Assembly (NCBI GenBank): GCA_963693365.1
Contig: CAVNZM010000005.1
Coordinates: 8,285,834 to 8,349,833 of the forward strand
Length of the DNA: 64,000 nucleotides
Source of the DNA: Amoebidium appalachense
Lineage: Eukaryota; Protista; Ichthyosporea
Direction of reading: 5' to 3'
Shown: positions 14,702 through 57,235 of the stretch, piece after piece
How positions within the stretch are numbered: position 1 is the first letter of the stretch
Layout of the letters: every line of letters begins with the position of its first letter
Notes under the pieces: model-generated
Told to the model about the DNA's origin: nothing
Database searches by the model: none
What the model saw: only the letters and a program-made list of their open reading frames with translations
Program-made: the position numbers and the translations under genes

Positions 14702-15088
14702 GATGCGCTTTTGCACAACCACAAGGATGCTGCTGCCCTGCTCCAGACCGCAGGAGGCACACTTGGCCGATTGGGGGGTGGCCGATTCTGGTGCATTGAC
14801 CCGGCAGACATTAAGTACACAAAGATGCTTTCGGAGGGCTTCCAGGTTATCCCCCCCCCCCCCCCCCCCTCTTCCCCGGCCCCCGTATCTCCCACCTCCT
14901 CCATTCAATAACAGTGCACCCACGGACATAGGTGCATGGCCCACGCACAAACACAGGCGCACGTGCAACACACATGCACATACATGCAGTCGTTCACTCA
15001 CATGCATGCATGCATGCGCTCACTCACTCACTCACTCGCTCGCATATAAGCACACTGTCACATTTACACACAGACAGGCAGATACAAG

Positions 15089-15176
<88 letters not shown>

Positions 15177-15306
15177 AGCCAAGAGCATGCCTCTTCTCTT
15201 GCCTTTCGCACTGACTCTTCCCTGTGTGTTGGCTGTATACAGAGGCAAACTTGGAAGGCTCAGTGGCGAGGTCTAACGGTGGCTGTGAAGAAAGTGAAGG
15301 TGTTTA

Positions 15307-15337
<31 letters not shown>

Positions 15338-15345
15338 AGAAGGGG

Positions 15346-15376
<31 letters not shown>

Positions 15377-15641
15377 ATCCTCCCCTTCACGTCCCCAACA
15401 GGTCAGGGCACTTACACACAGGCAGGCGCAGGCATGAAATGCATGCATCACCACGGCCTGTTGTACGGTCAGATCCACCACATTACCACAGTAACTATCT
15501 GCCTATTGTTCTAGCAGGGATTACATGAATGGGCCGGCATGCATGGGACAAAGACACGTCAAAACATTGGAACGCATGCACACACACACACAATCGCACA
15601 CACGCAACAAACTACACGACGGGCATGCGCACACACACCCC

Positions 15642-15694
<53 letters not shown>

Positions 15695-15781
15695 CAAATG
15701 CGCGCACACAGGCACACATACACACAAAGGAACACAGGCATGCAACCAGGCACACACACAAATGAGCACACACACAGGCTG

Positions 15782-15823
<42 letters not shown>

Positions 15824-15848
15824 ACTCACACACGCGCGCGCGCGCGCG

Positions 15849-15888
<40 letters not shown>

Positions 15889-15920
15889 CACACACACATA
15901 CACACACACATGTGCGCGCG

Positions 15921-15996
<76 letters not shown>

Positions 15997-17023
15997 TACA
16001 CACATACACACACACATACACACACATCCTCGCGTGTGGCTGCGCATGTGTGGGTCTCACAGTTCATCCCATCAATGCACCACCACGTGCCAGTTGAGTT
16101 TAGATATGAGTTGTGCATTAATACAAGGGGCCGTTTGTGTTCCTTGATGGCGCCAGATAGGCGTTCTTATGGTGGCTTTTCTGCCCTCTCCCCATTGCTC
16201 TGTATTTGTTTTACCTACGTGAGTGGCTGACCTGGCTTTGTTGCAGTCCAAGGGTGCTGACGGCACGCTGATGCCCGAGACATGGCGCCTGTTTCATGAC
16301 GAGGTATGGTCACCACCACCCCATTGCCTTGTGGCCTCTGAGAACCACGCACCATTTTTATCGCTTCCGCCTGCTCAAACTTATGGATAGACACCCACCA
16401 AGCGCACCAGCTTCACACATGCTCGATCACAGATATCTGTCAATTTGCTTCGAAGGTTGAATGTCTCTGCTTCCGTCTTGGCCATCCTGTAATTCATACA
16501 TCCCCCCCCCCCCCACCCCCCACACCACCACCCCCCACCCTCCCCCCCTCCCTTCCTCCCCCCTCCCTTCCTCCCCCCCCTCAAATTCCCAAGCCCTTTT
16601 TTTCAGGGCAGGGTGTGTGTTACGTTTTAGTGGAAGGGGATTACTCGCCTTTCGTTGATATGGGCATGGTTTACATTGCACGCCTTCATTTTCTGCCGCA
16701 CCATGCACTACCATGCACTATAGTCTGCATATATTTGAACGGGACGATGTGTGTTGCAATCTCGCATACAACACTGTGCAGCATCCACTGTGTTTTTCGT
16801 TCGTTTCGTTTTGACCCCTGTCACTCCCGCAGATCGACCTGCTAGCCACACTACGGCACCCCAACCTTGTGATGTTCCTTGGCGGCTGTGTGGATCTGCA
16901 GCAGCCTTTGCTGGTCGAGGAGTTCATGCAGGGCGGCTCCCTACAGGTGCGGATGTGTGGGGGGTTTTTTTATTGTTATTGTTAATATTATTATTACTAT
17001 TATTATTTATTATGATTCTTCTT

Positions 17024-17057
<34 letters not shown>

Positions 17058-17629
17058 AGCATTGTAGGCAAGGCCAGCCTTTTGGGCGATCTTTTGGTTC
17101 AGTGCACAGGTAGTGTGGCACGTAGGTATGCATGTACAGAGGCGAGGGGGGGGGGGGGCTGGACATGTGCATGTGTGTGTGTGTGTGCAGGCGTTTATGC
17201 ATGCATGTGCATGTGCAATGCATGTGATTGTTGCCTCTATCCATGCGCATCTCACAGACCTAACATAATTACTGTGTGGGCCACCAGGAGCTCCTTGACC
17301 GACTAGGGCCCAAGCGTCTCTCAGCCAGCAAGGTGGCGCGCTATGCCACGGACATAGCACTGGGCCTCAACTATCTGCACACACACAACCCACCCGTCAT
17401 CCACAGAGACCTGGCCCCCCTCCACCTGCTCTTCTCCACGGCCCCAGAGGTCTTGAAGGTGGCCTACCCACCCCATGCACATAGTGCTTGTGTGTTTGTG
17501 GCATGCCTGGGAGGCACATGTAGGCAAACGAGGGGGGGGGGGCATAGGAATGTAAGCCATGATATTTTTTGCTTTAGGGGCAGTGGCTCTCAAGGGTTTA
17601 GGGCCGAGGGCAGCTAGGGGGAGGGGAGG

Positions 17630-17683
<54 letters not shown>

Positions 17684-18313
17684 CTTCTAAAACTGGGCCT
17701 CAGGGATATAACGTATAATGTTGCAAAGTTTTAGGGTTTGGATGGGTGGGCAGGTAGGCGGGGCGTTGGAAGGCCACCGGGTGGGTGGGTGGGTGTTTTT
17801 TTTTGGGGGGGGGGGGGATGGATTATACCAAAAAAAGGTCACACGGGTTTGTGGCTCTGGGGATGGTTGCTAATGTGTGAATGGCCGGCTGGTGTGTGTG
17901 GGGTGGCTAATGTGTGTTGCTGTGAGCAGCTTGCAGACTTTGGCTACGGCAATCTGGTGCCTGCATGGCTGAAGAAGGCTGAGGGGGGACGTACGGAGGC
18001 GCTCGGGGGGTTCCGATATATGGCGCCAGAGGTGTTCATGCACAAGGCACACACCACTAAGGCGGACGTGTACTCGTTTGCTATCGTGCTGTGCTACATG
18101 GCAACAGGTATGTGGGTGCCTCTTCTCATCCCTGGATGGCTCAGGCATAAAGGAACAATGCTTGCTTATTGCAAACTGGCAATAAGTGCATGCTTTCTCA
18201 CTACACTCCGCACTTCTTTTGGGAACTCCCTACTGCCCTCTCCTTCGAGCCCTCTCCCTGCTCTTCGCTCTCCCCTTCCCTCCTTCCCTGGGACCCTCTC
18301 TCCCTCCCCCCCC

Positions 18314-18363
<50 letters not shown>

Positions 18364-18824
18364 CCACCCTTCCACTCGGTCATTACTTGGCACGAAACAA
18401 CAGAGCAGCAAGGGCTGGGATGTGCGTCTAGGGGGAAGAGGGGGTGCGGGTGCAGCATATGTAAAGCTAATTTTTGATCCTGCAGCAGGTATATGTGACA
18501 TATTTGTGCTGTGCTGCATGTGCAGTCATGACACATTTATGTTGCATGCACATATCCGACATTCAAGCAGCATGCATACATCTGACCTACCCCCCTACAG
18601 GGGTGCAACCCTACGGAGACATGGACCCCTACAAGGCCGCAGAGAGGGCCGCCAGTGAGCCCACTTTCCGGCCAAGCACGGTGGGCATGCCCCCAGTGCT
18701 TGCTGAGCTACTTGCTGCTTGCTGGGCAGATGACCCGGCACACAGGCTCACAATGGCTGAGGTGTTGAGAAGGTTACAGCCCCTGAAGGCAAAGTCTAAG
18801 GATGGAAAGTGTGTGGTTATGTAG
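1509..18824 (+). CDS. Ankyrin-repeat (18 repeats) TKL/Raf-like protein kinase, ILK/VIK-like architecture, with C-terminal CaaX; ~937 aa, 23 exons
   Basis: Exons 1509-1593, 2256-2336, 2887-2990, 5223-5414, 6487-6621, 7346-7497, 8326-8417, 8700-8800, 9997-10152, 10811-10874, 11377-11507, 11803-11950, 12233-12384, 13109-13166, 13866-13971, 14208-14318, 14701-14845, 15243-15299, 16247-16303, 16833-16946, 17288-17458, 17930-18107, 18601-18824. All introns are GT-AG, phases agree and the total is 2814 nt. Repeated [16 protein letters not shown]...DRWGxTPL ankyrin motifs; kinase motifs [42 protein letters not shown]; ends [12 protein letters not shown]. Exon 1 and the start codon are least certain. 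Confidence 0.9.
3481..3798. repeat. Two diverged copies (~3481-3588, ~3686-3798) of a ~110-bp imperfect hairpin/mini-MITE in intron 3
   Basis: Both copies run GTCTxxAACC..CTGCA..CGTT...GAGAA...GTCT.A.ATCT.ACGA.TCTGCAG..CCCT.AGAC, and the ends of each copy are partly self-complementary. Confidence 0.5.
8944..9484. mobile_element. piggyBac-like non-autonomous element (MITE) in intron 8
   Basis: TTAA on both sides (8940-8943, 9485-9488). Terminal inverted repeats CCTGTTCATACCC / GGGTCTCAAGAGG match at 10 of 13 positions. The interior is AT-rich and microsatellite-free, unlike the G-rich intron around it. Confidence 0.65.
13225..13865 (+). repeat. 46-bp minisatellite, ~14 copies, filling intron 14
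   Basis: Unit CACATCATAGCACATTGCATGCCCACACCCACCCACCTACTGTGTG with period 46 (13267, 13313, 13359 ... 13819). Two variants (ACCCACC and ACCATCC) are interspersed. Confidence 0.95.
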
Positions 18825-20403
18825 GTGGGTGTGTGTGGTGGTGGTGGTCGTGAGGGAGGGGGGGGGGAGGGAGGGGAGGATGGGATTGAGGGAGGGGGGG
18901 GGGGGGGGGGGAGAAAGGGAAGGGGGGGAGGGGGGAGGGGGGGGGGGGGAGGGGGGTTAATGTGTGGATATTCGAGTGGAGAATATGTGTGGATATAGTT
19001 CAGGTATGTGGGGGTGGCAGGTCACGTAGTGTTGTGTGTGCAGATTGATGCAAAGAAGTATTGGGATGTGTGTGGTCATAAAGTGGGTGTGTGGTTATGT
19101 TAGTTGAGTCAGTATGTGTGGGTAGAAAAAAAGAATGCCATTGTGTGGGCGTCAGTTAAGCTTTGTTGGGATGTGGTAAGTGAGAGTCTCGGTGCGGATG
19201 TCGGTGCGTGTATAGTGGAAGTGTACAGTGTTTGGTGCATGGTGTGAGAGAATATTGAAGCGGTACAGTAGTTTATAGCAGTTATGGACGTGTAAGTGGT
19301 AGTTGGTGTGGATGGTGCGCAGGCATAGGCCCATTCCTTAGTGTGTACTTGTTGACGTGTGTTCTCTTTTCGCTGACCCAGGCAGTGAAATTGTTGAATA
19401 TACCGTTGTATGATACCTTGATGTTGAATTTGGTTGGGCAGGTGTGGTTGGTGGGTGGGTGAGTGTGTGTGTGTTTGTATGTGGTGTGGGTGGATGGGGG
19501 GAGGGTGTGTGTACATGTCTGTGTCCATCTCTGTGACTCTCTGAGAGCGGGGCGTGCAGGGGGAGAGAGGGGGGGGGGGGGGGATCTCTTTCGAGTTGTT
19601 TCTTGGTTGTACGGCGATCTCAGGCACGAAATCGAACAAACACATAGTCTTAAGACAGTCGTAGCTTATGGGAGTTAGTTTGCATGGTTTCAAAAATGGT
19701 TCATATTGATTTCTAATCTGCACAACATGCAGTATAGACTTAGTTGACCACGCTGTACATTGTGCCACGTGTTACTGAGTAACTCTTGTGTGCTGTATGG
19801 GGTATGGGGGTTCCCATTGTGTTAGTTTTGCCCCAGCTGGCTGGGTTAGACCCCCCCAAAGTAAATTCATCATAAGATGCGGCCCTAGGGCCTGCATGGG
19901 TCCCGAGAAATTAATGATACCCTGACCTGGAGGTGTCTCACCAGACCCCCCCCCCCCCCCGTCAGAATGTGATGCACGGCACACATTCCCTAGCAATAAT
20001 TATCTCTATATGCATCGCATAATGCACACACACGTGCACACACAACACGCAGTGTAGAGTGGGCATGCATGGGGATCTTGGGATTAATTAGATGGCGTTT
20101 GATTGACGTCATCCCTCAATGCTTGTGATAGCATAGGATGACTAGTCTACATAGCGGAGTGTCAAACATATCTTTTGTATCATATGTGTTCTTATTGACA
20201 CTCGGCTATATCATGTTAACATTATGGACCTCTTGTAACTACCTGTGCTTGTATCTGTTTATCGCATAGGTATCTGTGGAATCCGAGCTTGTGTTTGCTA
20301 TGAGATTGCCACAGATTACGCTGTGTGTGATTGGTCATTGTGTTCTAGCCAGCGGGTATATAAGCCGTCCAGAACCAATACAAACATGAGTCACCATGAA
20401 TTT

Positions 20404-20448
<45 letters not shown>

Positions 20449-20832
20449 CCCGCCCCCTTTTTTTCCCCCTTATGGGCACTGTGATTTGCCGGGTCAGAGA
20501 ATTTTATTTGCAAGTACATGTTCCACCTATGTGCATGTTCTCCTTATGATCAAAGAGTCTCGAGGGCGTGGGGAGATAAGATACATACAAGGGAAATCAG
20601 CCTAATATATCATCATTGGGAGAGCGAGAGCTTGCAATGGATGCCTGGTTGTTACCAGGTACCACGGATACGTGGGGCCCAGCTCATTTGAACACATTTT
20701 ATGATGATAGCATAATCAATTTGGGATAGAATTGCGCATGCATGCGCATGGTGACTTGGGAGCCAAAACCTTAGGCCGAACAGACATACGATGCGGGCTT
20801 TTCTTTCTTTTTTTTTTTTTTTTGGTGGTGGT

Positions 20833-20872
<40 letters not shown>

Positions 20873-21645
20873 TGTTGTGATCCGTCAGTGTGCGCCCCAT
20901 GATTATTGATACGGTTTCCAAGTATATCCGGGTCATCACTAGATAATACATGAGAGGGAAGAAAAGAAAAGAGAAGGGGGCAAAGAGGGGGGGAGGGGGG
21001 GGAGGGTTCGATGCGTTCCTACAATTCATCAAAAGAAGTCCATGTCAATAAGGGCCTATACAATGCAACTTTGTACAAAAAAAAAAAACAAAAAAAAAAC
21101 GTGTCAAATGGAGGCCAATATGGGGAGGAGACCGGAAGAGGGAGGAAAGTGAAGCATATGCAGGGCCGCAGCTGCGTCAAATGGTTGCATCGTTCACTGT
21201 GTGACATGAGGACATAAGCCCCGGCATGATGCCCACCTCACACACGGGGCAGAGAGAGGTGAAGGGTACAGTAAGTTCATTCGAACCCTAACTGTTTGCA
21301 TAGACCGCTCATGACAAAACACATCACCGTTATGTCAGGATTGTTTTATGCACCTTGGCATCTTTAGGGTATCGACACTAATCATTTTAATACTAAACAA
21401 AACAAATGGCTCAAGAATACAAAATGCATCCAGTCCATTCATTTCGCTCCCACAATCAATGAATGGGTCAGATAGAAGGGCGTTTTCAGTGTGAATGTTA
21501 CCGTCTCATAACAAACATTTACAAAAATGACCGAAAAAAGCTATCGGCAAAAGGTTAAAAACAAATCACAAGTCACAAGGCTTAGCTACCCACCCCAAAA
21601 ATCCAGCGGAATATAATCAGTCTAAATACTCGCTGAATCACTTTA

Positions 21646-31309
<9,664 letters not shown>

Positions 31310-33169
31310 CTGGCCCGTGCGATGTCAGCACATGAAAGAGGTGTATCGAGGCAAAAGGCGGCGGAAAAGTGGAGGTTGACCGGCCTTGATTCTTTCTACT
31401 TTGTGGGTTTGCCAGAGTTACTGTAGTGCTCTGCTGGAGGAAGAAGGCACGATGCTAACAACATGCAAGTGAAAGGCTGAAGGAAGAATGTCAAGTTTTT
31501 ACCCCTGTCCTGCTATCAAGTGGGTTCGGCCAAGCCACATGAAACAAGAAAGAAAGCAAGAAACCCGCAGATATGCTTCCCACAACGCCTGGCGACTGTG
31601 TAGGGACACATGAACCTCCCAAAAGGCAGCAAGGGTACAAAGGCATGAAACCCACCTTCAAGTAGCGTTCAGAGCAGCCGGAAAACACCTAAGTCCAGGT
31701 AGTAATGATATGAAATAGTTACTAAGCCCAAAACAACACCTGCATAGCCTGTAGCTCAGGTTGCTCTCTAACTCGTGCCCAAGCTTCTACACTCTACAAG
31801 ATTTCATACATATGCCAGCAGGAGTCGACTCCGGAAAGCTTTTGTGCCAAAGTGAAATATTGTAGTTGTGCACAGAAAAAGTTTTCGTTTGTGTCAACTT
31901 GGGCGGGCTGTGCGCAGGACTGATGTTCAATCGAAATGATTGGCTGAACACCAAATGCCTGACTTATAAGCAATATGATTGGACCTTGTACCACCAATGG
32001 AAAGGCTGTCTACATGCTTGCATTATTATGAAAATTTTCATTATATATATGCACGCCAAAAACCTCAGGTAGATAAAAGCTGTAACAGTTATAGGTTTGA
32101 AAATACCATCACCTTTTAGTTTGGTCACAACAGACTCTCCAAGAAATCCAAGTTTTGCTTGTGCCATGCAACCAAACTGGGAAAGTGGCGGACCATAATT
32201 GGCATGTAAAGCCTGAACCGATACGATGAGGTCATTTTTATACGCCACGTGCAGAGTCAGTCCAACAACTGAAGGTCGAAGACACAAATATAAGTTCGGG
32301 GCGCTCAGGCAAGAGCAATACATTGTAATAGTTTTTGAATATTATATTTATTATGTAGCTGTGACAGCATTGCATATGGTAATAACCATCTGTTCAAAGG
32401 CCAGGCTCAGCTGCGAAGCATAAAAAAAAAAAAGAAAAATTAGAAATCTGCCGAGTATATCGTCTGACGTTTTAGACTAGATCTCCAATCCGCATAGGAC
32501 CCCTCCTTCGCAGCCGAAACAGAAAAAAACGACCATTTTCAGAACTCGCGATCCGGATTTTATTGAGCTTGGTCGTGCAGATATTTTGCATAAGTGTAAG
32601 TAGTGTAGTCGACCGTAACCACTGAAGTGCAACATAGTCACGCTAAATATATGGCGTTGAGAAACAAAAACTTGAACAATGGCTAAATATATTGCCCTTC
32701 TTCGTTTGTAAGTTCTCGGACGTGAAAGAACGGGTATTCGCCGATTCAACTGTATAATTTTGTAATTTACGATTAAAGATCCACTTTTTGGGATCTCCAG
32801 GGCTGATTAAAAAAAGTGCCAGGTGTGAGCCACAGGAACTCGAGGGGACAAACAAAAACCGACTCTTTGAAAGTTTTGAAGATAACATGCCGGGGAACGA
32901 GAGGGACTAATATTAGTTTTGCCAGATAACTGAACAACTAAGAAAGAAAGCTTTTCATCTGGTAGAGGTAATGTTCCTTGTTTCCCAGTACCCCTACCGT
33001 TTAAAGTTAGCACAGCTGCCTGGGCACGTTCTATGTGCGGCCTGAACATACGAAAACGGGGTCAGCAGAATTGGCATCATTTTGAAGGCAACCGCTGAGA
33101 TATTATGCAACCTTTCAACCTACCCCTTATCCCCCCCCCCCCCTTCCTCCGCCCCCGGACCGCCCCTAC

Positions 33170-33202
<33 letters not shown>

Positions 33203-33428
33203 TGTGTGTGGAAAAAAAAAGAAAGTAACGGGAGAACAAAGGGAAAGAGGAGGGGGAGGGGGAGGAGGGGAGGGAGGGAGGGAGATGTCGACTTCTGCTT
33301 TGTTGGGTATTAACTTGCATCAACTAGCCATGCATGGCTTGCATTGCGCTTCCGGCGTGCTGGTGCGTATCTCACTGGGGCAAAGCCAACTTTTTTGACT
33401 AAGTCTTTCCGGCAGACACTCTCTGAAG

Positions 33429-53649
<20,221 letters not shown>

Positions 53650-53766
53650 TTCGGAGATCCCAAATTCGGAATTCATGTAGTGCAGATCTTTTAATCGTTT
53701 CCCATTAATTATAGATAGTGGTTGTGTTTTGTATCTTCTTGTTGACTGCGTGCCCTTTCATTCTTC

Positions 53767-53798
<32 letters not shown>

Positions 53799-54561
53799 TT
53801 TTTTCTTTTTTTCTCTTCTTTTTTTTTTCATTGAAGGAGATAGCTGCTGCCTATGGCCGCTTACGGCTGAATTGTTCAAGTAGGATTCATTGTTCGATCA
53901 GGGATTAAAAGTACTAATGAAAATGGAAAATAGAAAAATATAAATTATTTAATGGACTATGGTCACGCCTTTGATGTCCGATCACAATCCGCGTGTTTGT
54001 TTTGCAGCAAGTAGGTACTAAGTAGCTTCTAAGCGCCGAAAAGCAATGCTGAAAAGATGTGCATCAAATTCTCGAGAGACGATAGTGTGATTTGGTGGAG
54101 ATGTGAGCATATAAACTACAGAAATATCTAGATGGGTGAATGAATAGAGAGACGGTGTGTGTCACAGTGTGTTTGTGCCCTTAAGCGACAAGTTATCAGT
54201 GTAGAAGTGGCCCGTGTGTAATTGCCATAATATCCAACCCTGCTTGCCGTTGATATGTCATATGGAGACATAGCTGTGAAAATAAACACCGTCAGTGCAT
54301 TCTGATTACCTCGCCCACTACGAACAAAAGCAAAAGCATAACCCGACCCCCCCTCCCCCCCTCCCCCCCTACCCCCACTTTCTTTTCCTCCTCCGCCTGA
54401 CAAATGATTATAAGCTTTGCCCATACTACATACGAGTACTATAGCCCTATGTTCCAGCTGAGGGACCGCGGCCGAGACTGGGTGCATGTAGGCAATCGGG
54501 CGGGGCCCGCGAAGGACTCGGCTCTTCCAATGGCATGGCAAGGCACTTATTGCACTCCCCT

Positions 54562-54596
<35 letters not shown>

Positions 54597-54874
54597 TTCC
54601 CTCCCTCCCTCCTTCCCATCCCCTCCCTTTGCAGAGACGTCAAATATATGACTCAGTGTCAGTGAGTCAGTGACTGCTTGTACACGGAAGATCTTTTTAT
54701 TTTGGATCTAAGTCTTAGATCTATTGCGGCATGTATTCGCATTCCAACAGCTCATTCCAGCGTTCATGTCACGTTCATGTCACTGGTGTTTCACGGTGTA
54801 TGGGCCTTAGCCTCTATAGCTCGAAAATCGATCGGTCCAAAATCCCCCCTTTTTGAGCGATCGTGGTATGAGAA

Positions 54875-55048
54875 TGGAGCATGATATTTGGGAAATTTCA
54901 ACGTGGAAAGGGAGCTAATGATGTGCACTTTAAAAGTGCCCGGTTACTTTTTTTCTCTGACAGCAGAAAAAAAAGTAACCGGGCACTTTTAAAGTGCACA
55001 TCATTAGCTCCCCTTTCCACGTTGAAATTTCCCAAATATCATGCTCCA
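54875..55048. repeat. Near-perfect inverted repeat/hairpin (~83-bp arms, ~8-nt loop)
   Basis: TGGAGCATGATATTTGGGAAATTTCAACG...GGTTACTTTTTTTCT-(ctgacagc)-AGAAAAAAAAGTAACC...AATATCATGCTCCA. The only differences are two single-base homopolymer-length changes. Confidence 0.95.
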
Positions 55049-55356
55049 GCAAAAACATGGTGAAAATTTGTGTTGAAAATTAAATTTTTCATATGTAGGC
55101 CCAAAATTGGCCGCCCAACCGTAACATATAGAAGGAGGGGTATTAGACCCATCAATATGGGGTGCAAAATGCTCAGCTCGCCATGCCAAGGTCAGTCTCC
55201 GGAATCAGATTTTCAAAAAAGTTTTCCGTTCTCGAGATATTAACACTTTTCCCATCGGACCCCCCCAGCTTGAACCCCCACCATGAAATTTAGTTTGCGA
55301 CCACTTACTAATGCATCATGTGACCGTGCACTACGGACCCGCGCGCGCGCGCGCGC

Positions 55357-55437
<81 letters not shown>

Positions 55438-55503
55438 TACATGTATGTGTGTGTGTGTTTGTGTGTGTGTGTGTTTGTGTGTGCATGTGCACGTGTGTAC
55501 ACT

Positions 55504-55547
<44 letters not shown>

Positions 55548-55563
55548 ACAATGTCTGTACCAT

Positions 55564-55604
<41 letters not shown>

Positions 55605-55620
55605 ACAATGTCTGTACCAT

Positions 55621-55729
<109 letters not shown>

Positions 55730-55894
55730 CCTAGGGGGACATGCAACATTGAGGATTCACAAGGGCCGGTGGATTTGCCCAGTGACCAACTTAATTACTA
55801 ATGGCCAGAAGGGAATGTGCTGTGTTCGGGTTAATCCCCACTTTGGCACGATTGAGAACAGAGACAGCACCGGGCCCACACGGCACACCCAACT

Positions 55895-56514
55895 TTACTC
55901 CCCACCAACCTCCAAGAGGACTTGACTAAACACCCGTCTATGCCCCTTGTATTTCTTTGCAGCATAGGCTGCAGCAAGGCCAGTAAGCCCACGTGTGTAA
56001 GCATCCATAAAACGAAAAGCCCTACGCGCATATTTACGAATCAGAGACACTTGGTATGCCATCTAAAGCAGCAGGCACTGCCTCCCGCAGCTCAGCTATT
56101 TTATAAGACACCTTAAGCCTAAGAATACGCTTGGATTCACCCCAATAATACTCTATGTAGTTAAGCTCACAGTGATACTTAGGATAAAATATGCATTCAT
56201 GCCCGGCCTCTTCTATTACCTCTTGCAACCAAGGGTTTTGCTCTGCAAAATCAGGCTGTAGATCTAGGAATGCGTGTAGCACAACACTTGTCTGCAGTGC
56301 ATGGGGGTCTAGGAACCTTATTATTAATGTCCTCTTGGCTACGTGGATCAGGACATTGCATGATCAAACGCGAAACATCATAGCCTCTCTCTTCCAAAAC
56401 CTGTTTCATTCCCTTCCCCAGTTTAACATCTCTTTCACCCACAACCCTTTCTTTGCCGTCTGGCCCCTTTTCCTTTACACGTTTATTGTTACATGTTTTG
56501 CATGTAATCAGCAA
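55895..56514 (-). pseudogene. Frameshifted C-terminal fragment of an IS630/Tc1-mariner-superfamily DDE transposase
   Basis: Three frames join into KGMKQVLEERG...CC..(fs)..LQPDFAEQ..LQEVIEEAGHECIFYPKYHCELNYIEYYWGESK...VPAALD..(fs)..IRKYARRAFRFMDAYTRGLTG...KKYKGHRRV*. PxYxxELNxIExxW is the IS630/Tc1 catalytic-E motif. Confidence 0.8.
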
Positions 56515-56980
56515 GTCACCCCCCTCCTCACTCCCCCTTCCCCACCACGTCTATTTTGGATACAATTGCAAACACATGCGGCTTCGCTCGTGCGTGGTTT
56601 GTGTGGAACGTGTTAGGCAGGCCACATGCATACTCGTGTGGGACATCCACAGACACCTCAGAGGCTCCCCTCGACAAACGGTGATTAAACACACACACAC
56701 ACACTCTTCGCAACCAGCTTGAACATAGCCGGCCGGGGCGGGCAGCGAGCCAGGTCATGTCGGGTCGGGTCGGTTTTTTTCGGGTCGGATCGGGCCAAGC
56801 GATGACCCGACCCGAATTGATTGGGGTCCGAAATTGGCCAAAAAATTTTATTGCGGCAATCGACGCGTCTCGTCGAGCTGGTTCGAGCCACCGTTTCGGA
56901 CTTTTTTTTCGATTTTTTTTTTTTTTTTTTTTTTCGCGAAAAATTTTTTGCGCGCTATAGAGACTAAGGCTTTTACCAAG

Positions 56981-57185
56981 CAGGGATGTGTCGGTCACTG
57001 GCCGGGCGGGTTTACGCAAAGGCCGCATGGATCTCGGGCCGGGTCGTCTTTTTTTCGGTCCAGACCGGGTTGGTTCTCGGGTCTTGGACCCTTGTGATCG
57101 GGTTGACCCGCGGGTTACCAAATGCGAAAACCTCGGGTGTTCGCCCGGACTGGCCATATACGTGTGTACATGTATTCGTGTGTGT

Positions 57186-57235
<50 letters not shown>

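Noticed and set aside
32420-33060. Possible MITE in the divergent intergenic region
   Set aside because: The composition is suggestive, but I found no TIR or TSD by eye.
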